A stretch of 64,000 nucleotides of DNA, from contig JBJMOW010000004.1 of assembly GCA_045803545.1 (NCBI GenBank), positions 416,001 to 480,000 of the forward strand, written 5' to 3'. The notes beneath the pieces were generated by a model that saw only the letters and a list, made by a program, of their open reading frames with translations, did no database searches and had not been told where the DNA came from. The stretch is from Gemmatimonadaceae bacterium. GTDB taxonomy: Bacteria; Gemmatimonadota; Gemmatimonadetes; Gemmatimonadales; Gemmatimonadaceae. The position numbers were made by a program, and so were the translations under genes. Numbering within the stretch: the stretch's first letter is position 1; every line of letters starts with the position of its first letter. Positions 18,869-28,241 of the stretch are shown here, one piece after another.

Positions 18869-19824
18869 GTGGAAAGGATAACGTTAAAGTCTTCGGACCG
18901 CTCGTCGTGCGGAAGATCACCAGCGGGCGACAACACCGAAATCTCGAAATCGCGTTTGATCTCGCGGAAGCCGCGAAATTCTTCAACCGGAGCCATCGAG
19001 CCTTGCTCGCCCCACACCAAGAGTGCGGGTTGACTAAGTCGACGCAGCGCGTGACGGACGTCGATGTTGAGATGGCCGGAAAGGAACGCCGCCGGCGCGT
19101 GCCGAGCACCGCGCTGGTGTGAAGTCGTGTAGTAGATGTCGACCAGCTCCTTGGTCACTATGGCGTCGTTTGAGTAAACGTTCTTGAGATAGCGCCGCAG
19201 CTGCGGCCGCGAAACGAGGGCGTTGAACATCGCGGTACCGGCGATCGGCGTGTCGACAGCAAGCCGGCCCGCTTCGCCGCCAATTCCGACGGGTTCATTC
19301 AGTCGCACCAGACCGGAAGGCGCGATCAGACACACTGCCGGGAACCGATGCGGATCTCGCGCGGCCAGAACGATCGCGTACGCGGCCGACAGTGACGATG
19401 CAACGAGCACGGTTGGCTCGTCGATCACCCGGCTGACGAAATCAGAAATGAGCGAGATGTAGAGTCGGGCGGAATAGCGAATCGCCGGCCGTTCTGACAG
19501 ACCGAAGCCGAGGAGATCCATGGTGTAGACAGTATTGGTGCGGGCAAGTGCATCGACGTTATTCCGCCACTCATACGACCAGGCAGCAGCGTGAATGCCG
19601 TGGATCAGCAGGATGGGCGGTCCGTTTCCTCTCTTTGTGAAAGCAACGCGGCGCTCGCGCCACTCGAAACCGCCGTCTTCACCTCCGATCAAGTTGCTGA
19701 GCTGATCGACTCCCTTTCGCGCAAACGCATTGTATGCGGCCGCAGCACCGAGCAGCGCTCCGCCTGAAAGCAGGATTTTTCGCCAGGGTGTGTCGCGTTG
19801 TTCCGGATCTTCTCTATCGTCCAT
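18775..19824 (-). CDS. Alpha/beta fold hydrolase
   Basis: LLIHG, DLLGFGLS, nucleophile elbow ASSLS, WG and LPHDE. Confidence 0.85.
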   Translation of the reverse strand: MDDREDPEQRDTPWRKILLSGGALLGAAAAYNAFARKGVDQLSNLIGGEDGGFEWRERRVAFTKRGNGPPILLIHGIHAAAWSYEWRNNVDALARTNTVYTMDLLGFGLSERPAIRYSARLYISLISDFVSRVIDEPTVLVASSLSAAYAIVLAARDPHRFPAVCLIAPSGLVRLNEPVGIGGEAGRLAVDTPIAGTAMFNALVSRPQLRRYLKNVYSNDAIVTKELVDIYYTTSHQRGARHAPAAFLSGHLNIDVRHALRRLSQPALLVWGEQGSMAPVEEFRGFREIKRDFEISVLSPAGDLPHDERSEDFNVILSTWLNRLSLSSARTLDTLPGTPEDLRPTQQLL

Positions 19825-19851
19825 CAGGCTCCCTCAAAGGCGCGCGCAGTA

Positions 19852-19888
19852 GAAAAAGAAAGCGCGGTCACCTTGAGAGTAACCGCGC
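19852..19888 (-). terminator. Intrinsic terminator after the low-complexity protein gene
   Basis: The minus strand has a GCGCGGTTAC/GTGACCGCGC stem followed by TTTCTTTTTC. Confidence 0.7.
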
Positions 19889-19916
19889 CTGAGGCACTAC
19901 GCACGGGGTAAACGGC

Positions 19917-20831
19917 TTAGCGTCGTGACCGGCCCTTCGAGCCAGAACGCTTGCGTCCACCCGAACGCCCACCGGAGCTCCCACCCTTTCTCGAGCTCCC
20001 GGCTTTCCGCGCGCTGGACTTCCGACCGCCTGACTTCCGACTGCCGCTCTTGGACGCTTTTCGCGCGCTGCCCTTTTGCGCGCTCCCTTTCCGCCCACTG
20101 CTCTTGCGACCACCGCCTGAGCGAGCGCTACTCTTCTTGGCGCCGGAAGACTTGCGGCCTCCGGATTTCTTGGCCGCGGAAGAGCGCGAGCCACCGGAGG
20201 ATTTACGTCCACCAGGCGACGAACCGCCGGATCGGGTGCTCGGCGAGGCGATGCTGCTACCTCTGCTGCTGCTACCTCTGCTGCTGCTACCTCTGCTGCT
20301 GCTTCCACCCGCCCCCGAGCTGCTACTACCGCCGAGTCCGGAGGTCGATCCGAAGCCCCCTGCACTACTGGAGGATGAACTGCCTCCGAAGGTCGAGCCA
20401 CCGCCGGTGGCTCCGCCCGTACCGCCCCCGGTCCCCGCACCGCCCCCGCTGGAAGCTCCACCACCAAATCCGCTGGTACCACCGCCGCCCATGCCACTGC
20501 CGGCGAGAGACGATTCCTGTTTCTTGCCGGAGCCTTTCGGCCGCCCGCGTCTGCCGCGTGGAGCGCCGCCGCCAAAGATGTCCTCCTCTTCTTCCTCTTC
20601 TTCGTCGTCGCCTTCGCCTACGACCGTTGCCTCGGTCTCGGTCTCGTCATCGTCATCCGCGTCTTCAGCGCTGTCCCATAGGCGATCGCTGTGATCCTCA
20701 TTGATCGCCCAGCCGCCATCTTCGTCCTCATCATCGTCGTAGGACCGCTTGCCGCGACTGAAGCCACCGATATCGTCTGAGTCGTCATCGTCTGCGAAAC
20801 GCAATGGCTCCACTGATTCACCGCTCGGCAT
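19917..20831 (-). CDS. Intrinsically disordered acidic / AT-hook / Gly-Ser / basic protein (304 aa)
   Basis: GGAGG SD before ATG 20831, with its own promoter and terminator. D/E-rich N-terminus, PRGRRGRPKGSGKK, G/S linker and a K/R-S-G tail. Confidence 0.75.
   Translation of the reverse strand: MPSGESVEPLRFADDDDSDDIGGFSRGKRSYDDDEDEDGGWAINEDHSDRLWDSAEDADDDDETETEATVVGEGDDEEEEEEEDIFGGGAPRGRRGRPKGSGKKQESSLAGSGMGGGGTSGFGGGASSGGGAGTGGGTGGATGGGSTFGGSSSSSSAGGFGSTSGLGGSSSSGAGGSSSRGSSSRGSSSRGSSIASPSTRSGGSSPGGRKSSGGSRSSAAKKSGGRKSSGAKKSSARSGGGRKSSGRKGSAQKGSARKASKSGSRKSGGRKSSARKAGSSRKGGSSGGRSGGRKRSGSKGRSRR
20252..20296. repeat. 15-bp tandem repeat x3 (TGCTGCTACCTCTGC) encoding SSSRG repeats
   Basis: Read directly from the sequence. 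Confidence 0.85.
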
Positions 20832-20926
20832 TTGTCCTCCCATAGAATGTCAGCACACGCACTGAAGTAGCGCGCAATTTTCTGAGTTTCGCCCGCTGCA
20901 CGTCGCGTGCCTCCTACGCAGACACC

Positions 20927-20955
20927 GGAATACAATCTCCGAGCGACCGCGTCAA
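20927..20955 (-). promoter_or_regulatory. Sigma70-type promoter of the disordered-protein gene
   Basis: The minus strand reads TTGACG-N17-TATTCC. Confidence 0.5.
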
Positions 20956-20972
20956 GACGCAGCTTTTGAATG

Positions 20973-22013
20973 TCAGCGTGTTGCGGCTGGTTGCAGACTG
21001 AAACGTCTCGTTATGACCCGAACCAGAGCGGCGTAAACAGAAGGGTCGAATTGCTTCCCAACATCCACCGAAAGGTGGTCGAGCGCGTCGAGTGGCCCGA
21101 GCGGCGCACGATAAGCACGCTTCGACGTAAGAGCGTCAAAAGTGTCGGCCACGCAAAGGATCCGCGCGCCAAGCGGGATTGCCTCGCCAATCAGCCCGAG
21201 GGGGTAGCCGGCACCGTTCCAGTGTTCGTGGTGATGCTCGATGTACTTGAGTGGCTTGGCGATGTGAAATAACGGCGCCAGGATGTCCAGGCCGATCTGC
21301 ACGTGGCGTTTTACGTGATCGTATTCTTCGGATGTCAGCCGGTCCGGCTTGTTGAGGATGTCCTCGCGGATGCCGATTTTGCCGACATCGTGAAGGCGGC
21401 CTGCAACGCGAAGATCTTCACACACGGACTCGTCCAGTCCCATCTCGACTGCCAACTGACCCGCAAGTTCTGCTACCCGCTGCGAATGCCCTCGCAGATA
21501 AAGGTCTTTCGCCTCCATGGCATTGATGAGCGTCTCCGCGATGCTGACCGACATCAGTCGCAGCGATTCTTTTTCCTGCTCGAGTTCTGCCGTGCGTAGT
21601 GCCACCTCGTGGCGGATCAATGTGTCGACCCGCCGCTTTTCCATCCACTCGTTGCGCTTGGTGAGCGCGCGATCAACCGCCTGTTGAAGATCAGCGAGTT
21701 CGACCGGCTTCATCAGGTAATCCGTAGCGCCGGCCGACAGCACCTCGGTTGCGGTTGCCGCATCGTTGACTGCCGTCAGCATGATGATGGCGAGATCCGC
21801 ATCCCGCGCGCGCGCCTGTGGAACGACCTGGACGCCCGTCATTCCCGGCATGCGGATGTCGCACAGCATTAGCGAGAACGAATCCTTCGCCAGTATCTGT
21901 AGCGCCTGCTCCCCGGAACCGGCAATCTCTACCTCGTACCCGCGGGAGCGCAGGAATTTTCGCAGCGCGAGCCTGATCGTTTCTTCGTCGTCAACGATGA
22001 GAACGCGCGTCAC
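20973..22013 (-). CDS. Response regulator with HD-GYP phosphodiesterase domain (RpfG-like)
   Basis: REC domain (VDD, D..MP, KP) plus HSQRV, LHDVGKIG, HHEHWNGAGYP and GKQFDP. Confidence 0.92.
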   Translation of the reverse strand: MTRVLIVDDEETIRLALRKFLRSRGYEVEIAGSGEQALQILAKDSFSLMLCDIRMPGMTGVQVVPQARARDADLAIIMLTAVNDAATATEVLSAGATDYLMKPVELADLQQAVDRALTKRNEWMEKRRVDTLIRHEVALRTAELEQEKESLRLMSVSIAETLINAMEAKDLYLRGHSQRVAELAGQLAVEMGLDESVCEDLRVAGRLHDVGKIGIREDILNKPDRLTSEEYDHVKRHVQIGLDILAPLFHIAKPLKYIEHHHEHWNGAGYPLGLIGEAIPLGARILCVADTFDALTSKRAYRAPLGPLDALDHLSVDVGKQFDPSVYAALVRVITRRFSLQPAATR

Positions 22014-24109
22014 TTCTTGGACTCGATGTAAAGTGGGAGAAGAATCGTGAAAGTCGTACCGATCCCTGGGGTGCTATCGACAGTGATGGTTCCTTCATGC
22101 TGCTGAATGATTCCGTAACTGACGCTCAAGCCAAGTCCCGTTCCTTTTCCGGGTGGCTTCGTGGTAAAGAAGGGCTCAAAGAGGCGCTGCAGAACAGACT
22201 CGGCCATCCCGTGACCGGTGTCTGAAATCACGATTTGCACGGCACCCTGTTTTCGCTGTGTTGACACCGTCAGATGACGAATCTCGGCGCCCTCCATCGC
22301 TGATTCCGCGTTAACCAGCAGATTGAGGAGAACTTGCTGGAGCTTGTGCTCGTCACCGCGCACTTTGGGTTGGCTGTCGTCGAGGTGCATGTGGACTTCG
22401 ATGCCGGTGGAGCGTGACGCAAGGGCGCGCAGTCGGACGGTGTGCTTCACGATAGTATTGACATCGACGACGACTTCACGCGCATCGGTCTTGCGCGCGA
22501 ACAGGAGCAGATCGCGAATGACAGTAATGGCGCGGTCCGCCTCCCGCTTGATCAGGCTTACCGACTCGAACTGCTCCCCCTGGAGCCTGTCCTCGAGCAG
22601 CAGCTGCGCGAATGTCGAGATGCCGGTCAACGGATTATTGAGCTCGTGCGCGACGCCGGCGACGAGCTCGCCGATGGCAGCAAGCTTCTCAGTGCGACCA
22701 AGGTAGTCCGAGACTTTTCGTTCCTCGGTGAGATTTCTGACACCGATAACCAAACCGACGATGTTGTTGCTGGCATCGCGAATGTGACTGAGCGTGACCG
22801 CGGCAGGAAACTCGCTGCCGTCCTTGCGCTTGTGCACGTGCTCGCCCGTCCATAGAGCCTTGTCCTGAGCAATTGGGGGAATCGTCTGGCGTCGCAACGC
22901 CTGCGACGATGCAACGACGAAGTCATCGACCGAGAGTCCGGCAATCTCGTGCGGCTCGTAGCCGTATTCCTTGGTTGCGGCCGAATTGGCGTATTGCACC
23001 TTCGCGTCGACGCCGAGTATCAGGACAGGTTGGTCCATCGTCGCCAGCGCGGCGGCGAGCGTACGCTCGCGCGCGTGTGTGCGCTGTTCATCTTCGCTCA
23101 GCAGAAGGACGTCGATAGCGAGAGCAACGCCCGGAGCGAGACGAAGCAATGCATCGACTTGCGCGCCTGTCTGCAAGTGCGACGGATCCGCGGTAACGAC
23201 GAGTACGCCCAGTCGTCGATTGCTGGCAATCAACGGAATGGTGATAGCGGGCTCGGCCGGAACCCGCTCCGGGTCATAGGCTTTCTCTTGCAGATTCTCC
23301 GCGAATGTCGGCTGTTCCTTTGCCCACGCGACGCGTACAGAACTGCGCTCAATTGGCGCTACTATGCCTTCCATTATCTCGCACGACCCTGAGCCCGCGA
23401 CCCAGTTGAGAGTCAAGCCATCGGGAGTGATTATGCCGATTGCCTTGCCGTTCGATGGAACGACTTCCTCGAGAATGCGGAGGATGCTGTGACACGCGTG
23501 TGTGACCGTGACTTTGCGCAGTGCGAGACGCGCAATTTCGGCGGCTGCCTCGGCCTGCTTCTGCTCGGTGCGCTGACCGGCGAATAAGCGCGCGTTCTCG
23601 ATTGCAACAGCAGCCTGGCGGGCGATGAGCATAATCAGATCGAGATCGTGCGCGTCGTATGCGTTCTGTCGATACGAGAGCACCTGCATCACCCCGACGG
23701 TGTGATCGTGGTATGTGAGCGGGGCAGTTATCTCGCTCTGTACTTCCCGTCGAGAGGCGACTTGAAAGATCGTTCCCGTCCACCAGCGCTCAGGCTTGGA
23801 GGAAATCACGGGAACTCCGCTCCGGAAAACCCGGGCGATCGTCTCGGTGCCGTTTGGGAAGTCGAGAACGCTCTCGCCTGCGCGCTCCTGGGAATCGACG
23901 ACGATGCAGTCGGCTCTGAACGTATCCGAGTCCGCATCCGCGATCATCAGCGCAAAGCAGGGGGCATCCACTACGGAAGCAACCGCCTTGTAGATCTCGC
24001 GATATGCTTCCTTTAGCGAGATGGTCGCGGAGATGGCTTGCTGAACTGTCGCGACGGCGGCAAATCTTGCCGCGCGCCGCTCGAGCTCGGCAACCAGCTC
24101 AGTCGTCAA
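22010..24109 (-). CDS. Sensor histidine kinase (GAF-GAF-PAS-HisKA-HATPase)
   Basis: AHELNNPL, QVLLNLLVNA, DTGHG, FEPFFTTK and GTGLGL; PAS RKDGS; GAF A.AIENARL; no obvious transmembrane segment. Confidence 0.92.
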   Translation of the reverse strand: MTTELVAELERRAARFAAVATVQQAISATISLKEAYREIYKAVASVVDAPCFALMIADADSDTFRADCIVVDSQERAGESVLDFPNGTETIARVFRSGVPVISSKPERWWTGTIFQVASRREVQSEITAPLTYHDHTVGVMQVLSYRQNAYDAHDLDLIMLIARQAAVAIENARLFAGQRTEQKQAEAAAEIARLALRKVTVTHACHSILRILEEVVPSNGKAIGIITPDGLTLNWVAGSGSCEIMEGIVAPIERSSVRVAWAKEQPTFAENLQEKAYDPERVPAEPAITIPLIASNRRLGVLVVTADPSHLQTGAQVDALLRLAPGVALAIDVLLLSEDEQRTHARERTLAAALATMDQPVLILGVDAKVQYANSAATKEYGYEPHEIAGLSVDDFVVASSQALRRQTIPPIAQDKALWTGEHVHKRKDGSEFPAAVTLSHIRDASNNIVGLVIGVRNLTEERKVSDYLGRTEKLAAIGELVAGVAHELNNPLTGISTFAQLLLEDRLQGEQFESVSLIKREADRAITVIRDLLLFARKTDAREVVVDVNTIVKHTVRLRALASRSTGIEVHMHLDDSQPKVRGDEHKLQQVLLNLLVNAESAMEGAEIRHLTVSTQRKQGAVQIVISDTGHGMAESVLQRLFEPFFTTKPPGKGTGLGLSVSYGIIQQHEGTITVDSTPGIGTTFTILLPLYIESKK

Positions 24110-24947
24110 CGAACTCCACCGTTACAGGACGAGTTATCACGCCAGACTTTACTCCTTCATCGAGAAAGAGTTTGATCGCCTGACGCCCCTGAACACCGTA
24201 ATCCAGGGTCCAGTCATTCACGTACATACCGACGAACTCGTCGGCCTTGCTGCGATTGAGCCCGCGCGCGAACCGCATGGCGTGGTCGAGCGCGTCCTTG
24301 CGATGCTGGAGGCCGAACGCGATGCTGTCGCGCAAATGCCGTGAGACTTTTCGCTGAAGGTCGCGAGGCATGTCCTTGCGAATGACGTTACCGCCAAGTG
24401 GCAGCGGTAGGCCGGTCTTCTTCTTCCACCACGCACCCATGTCGGCAATCAGATGAAGGCCTTCGTCCTTGTAGGTTAACTGGCCTTCGTGAATCAGCAG
24501 GCCAGCATCGACGTCGCCGCGCTGCACCGCTTTGTCGATCTCGTTGAACGGAGTGACGACGGGAACGAAATCAGGTTGATAAAGCCGTAGCGCGAGGTAA
24601 GCGCTGGTCATCAGTCCAGGGACAGCGACGCGGCGGCCGATCACCTGCTCGCGGGTCATCGGCGTTGTGGCGACAAGCATTGGCCCGTAGCCATCTCCCA
24701 TCGATGCGCCGTGCGGCAGCAGGGCATAACGATCCGAGAGATACGCGTAGGCATGAATCGAAACCGCAGTGACATCGAGCTCTCCGCGCAGCGCACGTCC
24801 ATTCAGCGTCTCGATGTCCTGCAATTCGTGAACGTAGCTGACGCCTTCGGTGTCGATCTGCCCGTCGGCGAGCGCGTAGAACATGAATGCGTCGTCCGAA
24901 TCTGGGCTGTGTGCGAGATGAATCGTCGTTTCCTGATTTGTCGTCAT
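24099..24947 (-). CDS. mqnD: Futalosine-pathway menaquinone enzyme, MqnD-type (MqnA/MqnD family)
   Basis: HSPD.DD.FMF, DIETLN, GYGP, IHEGQL, W...TGLPLPLGG and MYVN. Confidence 0.8.
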   Translation of the reverse strand: MTTNQETTIHLAHSPDSDDAFMFYALADGQIDTEGVSYVHELQDIETLNGRALRGELDVTAVSIHAYAYLSDRYALLPHGASMGDGYGPMLVATTPMTREQVIGRRVAVPGLMTSAYLALRLYQPDFVPVVTPFNEIDKAVQRGDVDAGLLIHEGQLTYKDEGLHLIADMGAWWKKKTGLPLPLGGNVIRKDMPRDLQRKVSRHLRDSIAFGLQHRKDALDHAMRFARGLNRSKADEFVGMYVNDWTLDYGVQGRQAIKLFLDEGVKSGVITRPVTVEFVDD

Positions 24948-25774
24948 GACCTGGTTCCGGTACTTTTGCGCGCCTGCTTGAGCGCGTTGGAGATGTCGTC
25001 CTGATGTCTGGTGTACTCGTCACGTTCCGTCGCGAGCTCCGGTTTCTCCGCCGCCAGCAGTCGGCGTTCGTAGGTGCGAACCGAAGTTGAATCGCCGGCG
25101 ATTGTCGCCAATCTCGCTTCCAGGATCAATCCGAGCAGATGATTGGGATTCGCCATTAGAATGCTGTCCGCCTGCGCTTTGGCAAAGGGTAGAGCGCCGG
25201 CTACCTCACCGATGCGACCCATGTCATAACGCTCATCGGCGTTGAATGGAGCAAGATCACGATACGCGATCAGCGCCATTGGAGCAAAAAACTGGACGCT
25301 GTCGACCTTACCCTCGGTCGCGAGCGTCATTACCCGGTTGTAGAGACGGTCAGCGCGCTCTTGCGGGGACATGCTCGAGATATCCGGGGCGCGGATGCTT
25401 TCGGGGTCAGCGGCTGTCCCGCCCCTGTCGTCGAGCCCAGCCTGCGGCAATGCGTTCTGCGATCCATCAACGGTGCTGCTTGGGCGCGAAGTGAAACCAC
25501 GACCCGCGGCCATCGCAAAGAGTGCGAGAAAGGCGAGCGCAGCCACGATCCACGGAAGCGCGTTCGTGCGTGCATCGACAGTAGCGGGAGCTTTTGTACC
25601 TACTTGAGCTCCGCAGCGATGGCAGAACTTGGCGCCAGGTCTGAGCTCAGCGGAGCAGGCAGAGCAATTTGCTCCGGCCAGCGACGCGCCACAATTGGAG
25701 CAGTAGTGTCCGCTGCCAATGGTGCCGCAGGACGGACAAGTTGTTGAATCAGAAGAAGAAGCAGGGGACGGCAT
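24944..25774 (-). CDS. Double zinc-ribbon membrane protein
   Basis: Four CxxC pairs (CPSC, CSNC, CSAC, CHRC), one transmembrane segment, then a helical C-terminal domain. Confidence 0.75.
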   Translation of the reverse strand: MPSPASSSDSTTCPSCGTIGSGHYCSNCGASLAGANCSACSAELRPGAKFCHRCGAQVGTKAPATVDARTNALPWIVAALAFLALFAMAAGRGFTSRPSSTVDGSQNALPQAGLDDRGGTAADPESIRAPDISSMSPQERADRLYNRVMTLATEGKVDSVQFFAPMALIAYRDLAPFNADERYDMGRIGEVAGALPFAKAQADSILMANPNHLLGLILEARLATIAGDSTSVRTYERRLLAAEKPELATERDEYTRHQDDISNALKQARKSTGTRS

Positions 25775-25864
25775 GAAGTGAAATTACTTAGCCGTCCTCT
25801 GGTATGCATTCTTCGGAGGGCAACGTCAACGCCGGCGGCACCTGCCGCCAGCGCAGCTTCGCCA

Positions 25865-28093
25865 CTACACCGGGAACAGCATCTCGCGGTACTTCGGCAG
25901 TGGCCAGCAATCGTCCGCGACCAGCAACTCGAGGGCGTCGCATGCTTTCCGCACCTCCGCCATCGTTTCAGCACCTTCGGTGGTAAGCATTTCCGCCTGG
26001 CCCGCTGGATCTTCGTGCTTCGCTTCAGCGCGGGCGATCACATCGGTCAGATCCTCGCGGTGCTCCTGTAGCTCCTGCACCAGTTCCCCAATCTGATTCG
26101 CGGTGGCAATCTGTGGGATCACGGCGATACCAGCCGCCTTGGCCTGTGCTGCCGCTTCGGTAAGCTGATTGAGATACGTGAACGCAGCGGGGATCACCAT
26201 CGTGTCGACGATCTCGCGCAGCGTATGGAGCTCGATGAGCATGTCCTTCACATAGCGTTCAACGCGTACGTGATAGCGTGACTCGAGCTCTTCTTTTGTC
26301 AGCACTCCGAGGTCGGTCAGCACTTTCCGCGACTGCTTCGAGATCATCTCCTTTAACGCTTCGGGAGTACGACGAAGGTTCGGGAGGCCGCGCTTCTTGG
26401 CGTCCTTAACCCACTCCTCGGAGTAGTTGTTGCCCTCGAAGCGAATCGGCGCTGTCTCCTTGAAGACCTGACGCACGACCTTGAGCACCGCTTCGTTGAC
26501 GCCTTTTGTCTTCTTGAGCGTATCGCGCAATGCCGCGCTGATCTCGCCGATGGCATCGGCTACCGCAACGTTGAGCAGTGTCACGGGGAATGCGATCGAC
26601 GCCGATGAACCGACCGCGCGGAACTCGAACTTCTGACCGGTGAATGCAAACGGCGACGTCCGGTTACGATCGGTGTTGTCGCGGCGTACCTCCGGAAGTT
26701 TGGCGACACCGAGCTTGATCATCTGCTGTTCCGCGGTCTCGGTGCCTTTGCCGTCGGCGATGGCCTCGATGACCTTGGTCAGCATGTCACCCATGAACAC
26801 CGAGATAATGGCGGGTGGCGCTTCGTTGGCGCCGAGCCGGTGCTCGTTGCCTGAAGTCGCAATGCCGGCGCGCAGCAGACCGGAATGCTTGTGAACTCCA
26901 CGCAGAACGGCGGCGAGGAAAACGAGGAAGCGAAGGTTCTGGTGCGGGGTCTTCCCGGGCTTCAGCAGGTTCAGACCGTCGAGCTCGGGCAAGTCGGCAA
27001 TCACCGACATCGACCAGTTGCAGTGTTTGCCCGAGCCGTTGATACCGGCGAAGGGCTTCTCGTGAAGCAACGCCTGCAACCCATGGCGAAGCGCAACGCG
27101 ACGGAGCGTTGCCATCACGAGCTGGTTGTGATCGACGCCGAGGTCGGTCTCCTCGAAGTACGGCGCCATCTCGAACTGACAGGGCGCGACTTCGTTGTGA
27201 CGCGTCGTGATCGGTACGCCGAGCTTGTAGAGCTCGTATTCCGCTTCGGCGATACATCCCTGAATGCGCTCGGGAATGCCACCGAAGTAGTGATCTTCGA
27301 GCTGTTGGCCGCGTGGCGGCGGTGCGCCGATCAGAGTGCGACCACCCATCACGAGATCGGGACGCAGGCTGAAATGCGCGCGATCGATCAGGAAATACTC
27401 CTGCTCGGGTCCGAGGGTGGTGAAGACCCGTTGCACTCCTTTATCGCCGATCAGATCGAGCAGCTCGATCGCTTTCTCGGAGAGAATATCGGAGCTGCGA
27501 AGGAGCGGAGTCATCTCATCGAGGGCTTCACCGTTGTAGCCGATGAAGACGGAGGGAATGCAGAGGGTACGAGCTCCCGTTGACTCGACGATGAACACCG
27601 GGCTCGCCGGATTCCACGCAGTGTAACCGCGCGCCTCCCAGGTCGCGCGCAAACCGCCGGACGGGAAGCTCGATGCATCGGGCTCGCTCTGAATAAGCTG
27701 CTCACCGCTGAACGACTCCACCGGCTGCCGGTCGTCATCGAATGCGAAGAATGCGTCGTGCTTCTCGGCGGTGAGTCCAGTTTGTGGCTGGAACCAGTGG
27801 GTGAAGTGAGTCACGCCGCGTGAGATCGCCCACTCCTTGATCACCTGCGCGACGACCGGCGCGATCGCTGTATCGAGTTTCTTCCCCTGGCGAATGGATC
27901 CGAGGAGGCTAGCGAACACTTCGCGCGGCAGCTTGTCGCGGAGCTGTCGGACGCCGAGGGTATTGATGCCGAAGTATTGCGAGGTTGGGCCGGGGATTCC
28001 GTCTTCGTTGAAGCCCGGCGCGACACGAGGCTCGCGGGTGGTGATTTCGCTCAGCAGAGCTTTGCGGGGAGTAAGAGTTGCGGCGGCGGTCAT
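25865..28093 (-). CDS. glnN: Glutamine synthetase type III
   Basis: THWFQP.TG.TAEKHD, EPDASSFPSGG.R.T.EARGY, HNEVAP.Q.E, GSGKH.NWS, HRLGANEAPP and DRNRTSPFAFTG. Confidence 0.95.
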   Translation of the reverse strand: MTAAATLTPRKALLSEITTREPRVAPGFNEDGIPGPTSQYFGINTLGVRQLRDKLPREVFASLLGSIRQGKKLDTAIAPVVAQVIKEWAISRGVTHFTHWFQPQTGLTAEKHDAFFAFDDDRQPVESFSGEQLIQSEPDASSFPSGGLRATWEARGYTAWNPASPVFIVESTGARTLCIPSVFIGYNGEALDEMTPLLRSSDILSEKAIELLDLIGDKGVQRVFTTLGPEQEYFLIDRAHFSLRPDLVMGGRTLIGAPPPRGQQLEDHYFGGIPERIQGCIAEAEYELYKLGVPITTRHNEVAPCQFEMAPYFEETDLGVDHNQLVMATLRRVALRHGLQALLHEKPFAGINGSGKHCNWSMSVIADLPELDGLNLLKPGKTPHQNLRFLVFLAAVLRGVHKHSGLLRAGIATSGNEHRLGANEAPPAIISVFMGDMLTKVIEAIADGKGTETAEQQMIKLGVAKLPEVRRDNTDRNRTSPFAFTGQKFEFRAVGSSASIAFPVTLLNVAVADAIGEISAALRDTLKKTKGVNEAVLKVVRQVFKETAPIRFEGNNYSEEWVKDAKKRGLPNLRRTPEALKEMISKQSRKVLTDLGVLTKEELESRYHVRVERYVKDMLIELHTLREIVDTMVIPAAFTYLNQLTEAAAQAKAAGIAVIPQIATANQIGELVQELQEHREDLTDVIARAEAKHEDPAGQAEMLTTEGAETMAEVRKACDALELLVADDCWPLPKYREMLFPV

Positions 28094-28241
28094 GGTATCA
28101 CGGATTGGGAGGTTTGGGGCAATTATGCAAAAAACGCACAATTCAAAGATCAAGTTGTCAGAATTTCACTAGGAATGCAAGAAATGACGCCAATATGCTG
28201 CAGAAATTGCAAAAAGCGACCAGTGCGGATACGTTGAGGAC

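Noticed and set aside
19925..20704. Plus-strand Pro/Leu-rich and Cys-rich ORFs
   Set aside because: They are antisense shadows of the low-complexity gene. The SD, promoter and terminator all support the minus strand.
20832..20925. Riboswitch in the leader of the disordered-protein gene
   Set aside because: I could not recognise an aptamer consensus by eye. A cmscan run would be needed.
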